A stretch of 43,141 nucleotides of DNA. Origin: a virus. The stretch is from IMG/VR virus record IMGVR_UViG_3300050120_000109, positions 1-43,141 of that record. The stretch is one strand, 5' to 3'. Below the pieces are notes generated by a model. The model was given only the letters and a program-made list of their open reading frames with translations, ran no database searches and was not told the origin of the DNA. The translations under genes and the position numbers were made by a program. This document shows positions 39,207-43,141 of this stretch, piece by piece; position 1 is the stretch's first letter, and every line of letters starts with the position of its first letter.

Positions 39207-41995
39207 TAGGCGGCGTACTGCTGTTCGGCCGTCGCCTCGGAACCGAGTAGGCTCACGGTGAGGACGGTGCCGCGTTCGATCATACCGGGGCAAAAGTAGG
39301 TGGGCGGCGCGGGGCTGGCGTCTTTCAGGCTGCGCAACGGCCGCACCCAGTCGCGTTGCCATGGGGTGCCGTCTAGGATTTTCTCGATCGCCGGGGAGCG
39401 GTTGGCAACCGTGAAATAGGGCGGGTATCCGGCCGGCCGATGGACCTTGAAGCCGATGCGGCCAAGTTCCTTGTTCGCAACGTCGGGGGTGACGCCCATG
39501 AACGTCTGCGCCTTGGCGGCGATTTCGATCAGTTCGCCGATCGCCACGTCGCGGGGTCCGGTGTCGGATGGCACGCGGCGGATGGATGTCGTCAGCCTGG
39601 TTAAAAGCCGGGCCTCGTCGCGCGGGCCTTCAAGGATGGCGTGCTCGTTCCAATTGCGGCTTTTTATCCAGGTCACGGCTGCCTCGTATGTGATCAGGTT
39701 GGTGTTGTGGCACAAGTATAGACCGGCAATCATGGTGCCGATCTGGTCGGCCGCGCGTCTGTTGTGCAATACAGCGGCGGCGGCGTTGGTGAACATCTGC
39801 GCGTTCGCAAGTAACGTGGTCATGTTCTCGATGGTCCGGGCAAACATCGACGCGGCGAAATCTTCGGTGAACCAATCGCTGATGTCGTTCATCAGTTGGC
39901 GGTATTGGGCCTCGGCGTCGGGGTCGTCGTTCTTCTTTAGGACAAGCTTGGAAATTCGGCTCTCGTCGGCGTAGTGCGAAACGGCGGTGTTGATGCTGGA
40001 AAAGCAGAAACAGGATCGCATGACGTAGTCGATGGGGTCGCCGTCCTTGCCGCCTTTGCCGATACTGCCGCCTGAACTGGCGACGCGTGCGAGTGCCACC
40101 ACGGCCTGAATGCGGAGCGCGGCGGCGCGGTCCTCGCTCTCGGCCTCGTCAAAGATCACGGGCCGGGCGTCGTGGAAAAGGGTCTGCCGTAGGTTGGCCT
40201 CGGTCGTCGTGCCGTCGCGGCGGATGGCGATGGCTCCGACCACCTTTGCAACGATGTGGTCTATGACCGTCGTCTTGCCGCTGCCGGCCGGGCCGGTTAC
40301 CCAAACATGCGAACGCCATTTGAGGGCGCCGCAAATCGGCGCTGTGACAATCCAGCCGGCCAGCAACGAGGCGGAGAGGGTATTTTCCCATGTGATCCGC
40401 TCGGTGATTTCGACCAGGCGGTGTGCTGTGGCGTTGTCGGCCGGCTCCGCGCGTTTGATCGCAAGCGGGGCTTTGGCCTCGTAGATGTAGCGGCTGGGCG
40501 CCTTGGACGGCTTGGTGGTGGTGTCGCCGATGGTGACCAGTGGGCCGGTGTGCATGGTCGGCCGGCCGGCATCGATCCATGCGCCTCGGCCGCGTAGGCG
40601 GTCGCTCTCGAAAATGCCGATTTCGGCGTTGCGTTCGAACAGCGATGAAATCGCGTCGCCCACCTTGAAGTCGTTGTGTCCGCCTTTGGTCGGGAAGTGG
40701 TCGCGCCACCAGTCGGACGGGGCGAGCGTGTAGAGGTTCGCCGGGGTGTGGGCGGCTGCGGACAGGGCGATGACCTGCTGCAAGCTGTTGGGCAGGTAAA
40801 AGAACACGCCGTTGTCGAAGCCTAGCAGGCGGAACGGCCAGTCGCCCGTGAGTGCGTCGGCCTGTGGCGGCGCGTGGTCGGGCGGGGTGTCGTCGCGTGG
40901 CGGCGGCGGCGGTGGCGGCGTCCAGTCGATGGCGCGGGCCTCGATCCATTCGTCGCACGCGGCTTGGGTCCAGTGTTCGGCGATGGCGTCGGCCGCGTCC
41001 CACCCTTTGGCGCGGCTGTGGTCCCATGGGATCAGGCGGATGGGGCCGGCGCCGGCCGCGTTGCAGTGCTCTCCGACTCCGACCCATCGGCGGCCGTTCT
41101 CACGGTCGAGTCCGACCATGGTCCGCTCGCCTTCGCTGTCGGCGTCGCCCCATAGCAGCAGGGGGCGGCCGGCAAGGGGTGTCCAATCCACGTAGGCGGT
41201 TGACTTGCCTCCGCCCGGCCATGTGACCACGGGGCCGTCCCAAAGGGCTGCGGCGGCGTCTGCGGCCTTCTCGCCTTCCACGATCAATACGGGGAGGCTG
41301 AGCGGCGAAGCGGTTAGCTTGTCGAGTCGGTAGAGCGGGCGGGGCCGGTCGAACGGGAAGTGTGACCAGGCTATCTCCCCGGTGCCGGGCAGGGCGACAT
41401 ACCGCAAGGTCGGCGTGAGTTTCCGGCCTTCGTCCAATTCGATCCGCAACACGATGCCGATCGGCGCGCCGGCCGCGTCGCGGTAAACGAATACGCGCGA
41501 CGGGTGGTAGTAGGTCCAGCGGTCGCGCTTGGGGTTCCACGCCCGCAACGTCGCGCCTTCCTTGGGGATGGCGTCCTCGGGCGTGCGAACCGCGATCAGA
41601 TTGCGGTAAAGGCTGGGGGCGTCGGGGGCTTCGGGTGCTGGGGTGAGGGTGACGGGCGGCGCGTCGGCGGCTCCGCCAAGGATGGCGCACGCATCAAGGA
41701 ACGAGACTTGGTGGAGTTGCGAGACGAATTCGATAACGTCGCCGTGGGCGCCGCACCCGAAACAGTGGAAAAATCGCTTGGCGCTGTTGATCGTGAAGCT
41801 GGGGGTCTTCTCCGCGTGGAACGGGCACAGTCCCTTGAAGTCCTTGCCGTCGCGGGCGAGTCGCACGGATCGGCCGGCGATTGTCTCAAGCGGGTTGTCG
41901 GCGCGAAGGGCTGCCGTGTCGTATTTCACGGCCTCGCCTGCGGGTTTCGTGTCGGTGGGTGGGCGCCTGGGGGAGAGTTCACGGCCTGCCTTCAC
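39206..41995 (-). CDS. Bifunctional primase/helicase with a CHC2 zinc finger, a Toprim domain and a P-loop NTPase (929 aa)
   Basis: 'CPFHAEKTPSFTINSAKRFFHCFGCGAHGD', Toprim 'LIVEGEKAAD...WGDADSEGE', Walker A 'GPAGSGKT' and Walker B 'VIFDEAE'. The start is GTG. Confidence 0.9.
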   Translation of the reverse strand: MKAGRELSPRRPPTDTKPAGEAVKYDTAALRADNPLETIAGRSVRLARDGKDFKGLCPFHAEKTPSFTINSAKRFFHCFGCGAHGDVIEFVSQLHQVSFLDACAILGGAADAPPVTLTPAPEAPDAPSLYRNLIAVRTPEDAIPKEGATLRAWNPKRDRWTYYHPSRVFVYRDAAGAPIGIVLRIELDEGRKLTPTLRYVALPGTGEIAWSHFPFDRPRPLYRLDKLTASPLSLPVLIVEGEKAADAAAALWDGPVVTWPGGGKSTAYVDWTPLAGRPLLLWGDADSEGERTMVGLDRENGRRWVGVGEHCNAAGAGPIRLIPWDHSRAKGWDAADAIAEHWTQAACDEWIEARAIDWTPPPPPPPRDDTPPDHAPPQADALTGDWPFRLLGFDNGVFFYLPNSLQQVIALSAAAHTPANLYTLAPSDWWRDHFPTKGGHNDFKVGDAISSLFERNAEIGIFESDRLRGRGAWIDAGRPTMHTGPLVTIGDTTTKPSKAPSRYIYEAKAPLAIKRAEPADNATAHRLVEITERITWENTLSASLLAGWIVTAPICGALKWRSHVWVTGPAGSGKTTVIDHIVAKVVGAIAIRRDGTTTEANLRQTLFHDARPVIFDEAESEDRAAALRIQAVVALARVASSGGSIGKGGKDGDPIDYVMRSCFCFSSINTAVSHYADESRISKLVLKKNDDPDAEAQYRQLMNDISDWFTEDFAASMFARTIENMTTLLANAQMFTNAAAAVLHNRRAADQIGTMIAGLYLCHNTNLITYEAAVTWIKSRNWNEHAILEGPRDEARLLTRLTTSIRRVPSDTGPRDVAIGELIEIAAKAQTFMGVTPDVANKELGRIGFKVHRPAGYPPYFTVANRSPAIEKILDGTPWQRDWVRPLRSLKDASPAPPTYFCPGMIERGTVLTVSLLGSEATAEQQYAA

Positions 41996-42144
41996 GGTTT
42001 CGTGAGGGCAGGTTAAAGGCGCGTAAGATTACGCCGCTAGCGTAATGGTGGTGGATAACTCGGCATCACGCCAGAAAGTCGTGATAACTTAGCAACACAC
42101 AACCGCAACCTGTATTGGCTGCGGCTGTGTCTCAAAATAGGGCC
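41996..42144. promoter_or_regulatory. Intergenic region upstream of the primase with ATTACGC inverted repeats and a DnaA-box-like element
   Basis: GCGTAAG (42021..42027), GATTACGC (42027..42034) and GCGTAAT (42040..42046). GTGGATAACT (42051..42060) reads TTATCCAC on the other strand. GTGATAACT lies at 42081..42089. Confidence 0.5.
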
Positions 42145-42636
42145 TTACGGCTCGCGGCGAAGTCTGACACGCGCATGGGCCTCCGCGAGTTCCTCAAGTC
42201 CTGCTTGAAGGGTTGGGCTGATCGGTTCCTCGCCGGTCGCCATGCGGCGGACGCGGCTGCTGTCGATCGCGATCATCGAGGCAAGTTGGCGCTGGCTCCA
42301 TCCGATGATCGCGAGACATTCGCGTAAGCGGGTGGGAGTCATCGGGCCGGCGGTCGGGAACGGCGGAGGGGGCCATGCCTCGGCGCTGGCTGGTGTCGTC
42401 AGCGGGGGTTGCTGCAAGCCATGTGTGGCGGCGTGGCGGCTGGCGCCTAAAGCCGTCTGGTTGGCGGCGCGGTTCGCTACGTCGCGGCGGCTCTCGCCTG
42501 GGTAGGGGCTGGGGGCGTTCCACCACGCGCTGTCGCGGGCCTCGCGGATGATGTCGCGGCGGGGTGGCTGGGTCTGGACGCCTTGCGCGTCGTCCTCTGC
42601 TGCGCGGTTGCGGTCGGGTGGGGGTGGCATTGTCAT
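42145..42636 (-). CDS. Xre-type HTH protein (163 aa)
   Basis: ATG 42636 overlaps the upstream stop (ATGA). The C-terminal part 'LRECLAIIGWSQRQLASMIAIDSSRVRRMATGEEPIS' is a typical HTH_3 motif. The N-terminal half is Pro-rich and likely disordered. Confidence 0.6.
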   Translation of the reverse strand: MTMPPPPDRNRAAEDDAQGVQTQPPRRDIIREARDSAWWNAPSPYPGESRRDVANRAANQTALGASRHAATHGLQQPPLTTPASAEAWPPPPFPTAGPMTPTRLRECLAIIGWSQRQLASMIAIDSSRVRRMATGEEPISPTLQAGLEELAEAHARVRLRREP

Positions 42637-42878
42637 GGCTGGGGGTCTTCCTTCTCGGGGACCATGGTTATGAGCGGCTCGAAGAAATCCGCGGTGATCC
42701 GGCAAGCGATAGCGCGGCGGGTCATGGTGCGCACGTAGCAACGCCGGTACTCGGTGCCGTAGCGGTCGGGGAAGGCGCGTATGGCCTTGTCCCAGCACCG
42801 GGCGGCGATGGTCCACTCGCACGCGCGTTCGGCGAGGCGCGCTGTCCAGCGGTATTGGTCGGTCTCGGCGTCGGTCAT
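42633..42878 (-). CDS. Hypothetical protein (81 aa)
   Basis: AGGAG lies 9 nt upstream of ATG 42878. The track ORF starts at 42902, which has no RBS. Confidence 0.5.
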   Translation of the reverse strand: MTDAETDQYRWTARLAERACEWTIAARCWDKAIRAFPDRYGTEYRRCYVRTMTRRAIACRITADFFEPLITMVPEKEDPQP

Positions 42879-42908
42879 CGGGGCGGCTCCTGCGGCGGTC
42901 ATACTGGC

Positions 42909-42939
42909 GGGCAGACTTTGGGCGAAATCGGGCAGACCG
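42909..42939 (-). repeat. Two more iteron copies (GTCTGCCC and CGGTCTGCCCG on the minus strand), about 21 bp apart
   Basis: The plus strand reads GGGCAGAC (42909..42916) and CGGGCAGACCG (42929..42939). They lie in the spacer between two minus-strand genes. Confidence 0.7.
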
Positions 42940-42997
42940 TCAGAAAACGCCGAACGTGGACTTCAGCCAGTGGGCGCCTTTGCGCTTGTTGCCGCCT

Positions 42998-43141
42998 TCA
43001 GATCGGCTGGGTGATGTAGGCAAGCGCCTGGTCGGCAAGCGCGCGGTCGGCGGTCACCCAAATCTCGCAATTGGTGTCGCGGGCAAAGTTCCCGTTCGGC
43101 AGCACAATGACGAATTCGCCGTGCTCGTTCTCGTGGACGCG
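42998..43141 (-). CDS. 3' end of the junction-spanning hypothetical ORF (same gene as 1..340)
   Basis: Continuing the reading frame across the 127-bp overlap ends in TGA at 42998..43000. Confidence 0.6.
   Translation of the reverse strand, partial: RVHENEHGEFVIVLPNGNFARDTNCEIWVTADRALADQALAYITQPI
43015..43141. repeat. Second copy of the 127-bp terminal direct repeat
   Basis: Identical to 1..127. Confidence 0.95.

Overview
The window is one complete, GC-rich tailed-phage genome of about 43.0 kb. Its first 127 bp are repeated exactly at 43015..43141, so the unit is about 43,014 bp and is circular, circularly permuted or terminally redundant.

The + strand from 1184 to 30643 is a late module with T7-like podovirus gene order:
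- small terminase, large terminase and a T7 gp8-type portal
- an Ala-rich scaffold, the major capsid protein and a decoration-like protein
- gp11-like and gp12-like tail tube proteins and small internal virion proteins
- a 774-aa internal protein with a lytic transglycosylase domain
- a 2487-aa giant polyvalent protein, a beta-helix tail fibre/spike and a lipoprotein

The rest (31.2-43.0 kb, wrapping to about 0.9 kb) is a mosaic of short divergent and convergent operons. It encodes a winged-helix Rep-like protein, an SF2 DEAH helicase, a CHC2-Toprim-P-loop primase/helicase, RHH and HTH regulators, zinc-ribbon proteins and a SleB-type endolysin with a holin-like gene. I saw no DNA polymerase, integrase, tRNA, CRISPR array or reverse transcriptase.

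Observations worth follow-up:
1. The large terminase gene is split into separate ATPase and nuclease ORFs by a 1.9-kb insertion of four genes.
2. An exact 10-mer, GTTACTAGAG, occurs seven times on both strands, mostly at gene junctions.
3. At least 14 copies of the 9-bp repeat GGTCT(G/T)(C/A)CC lie in 34.8-35.9 kb, and the same DNA word is read in different frames.
4. A 530-bp non-coding gap holds seven GANTC sites within 141 bp.
5. An ATTACGC motif clusters ahead of the first genes of four operons.
6. The giant protein carries a PARP-like ART module with Asn at the expected Glu position and an HExxH motif.

All functional calls come from reading motifs by eye and recalling family signatures. 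No database search was run.
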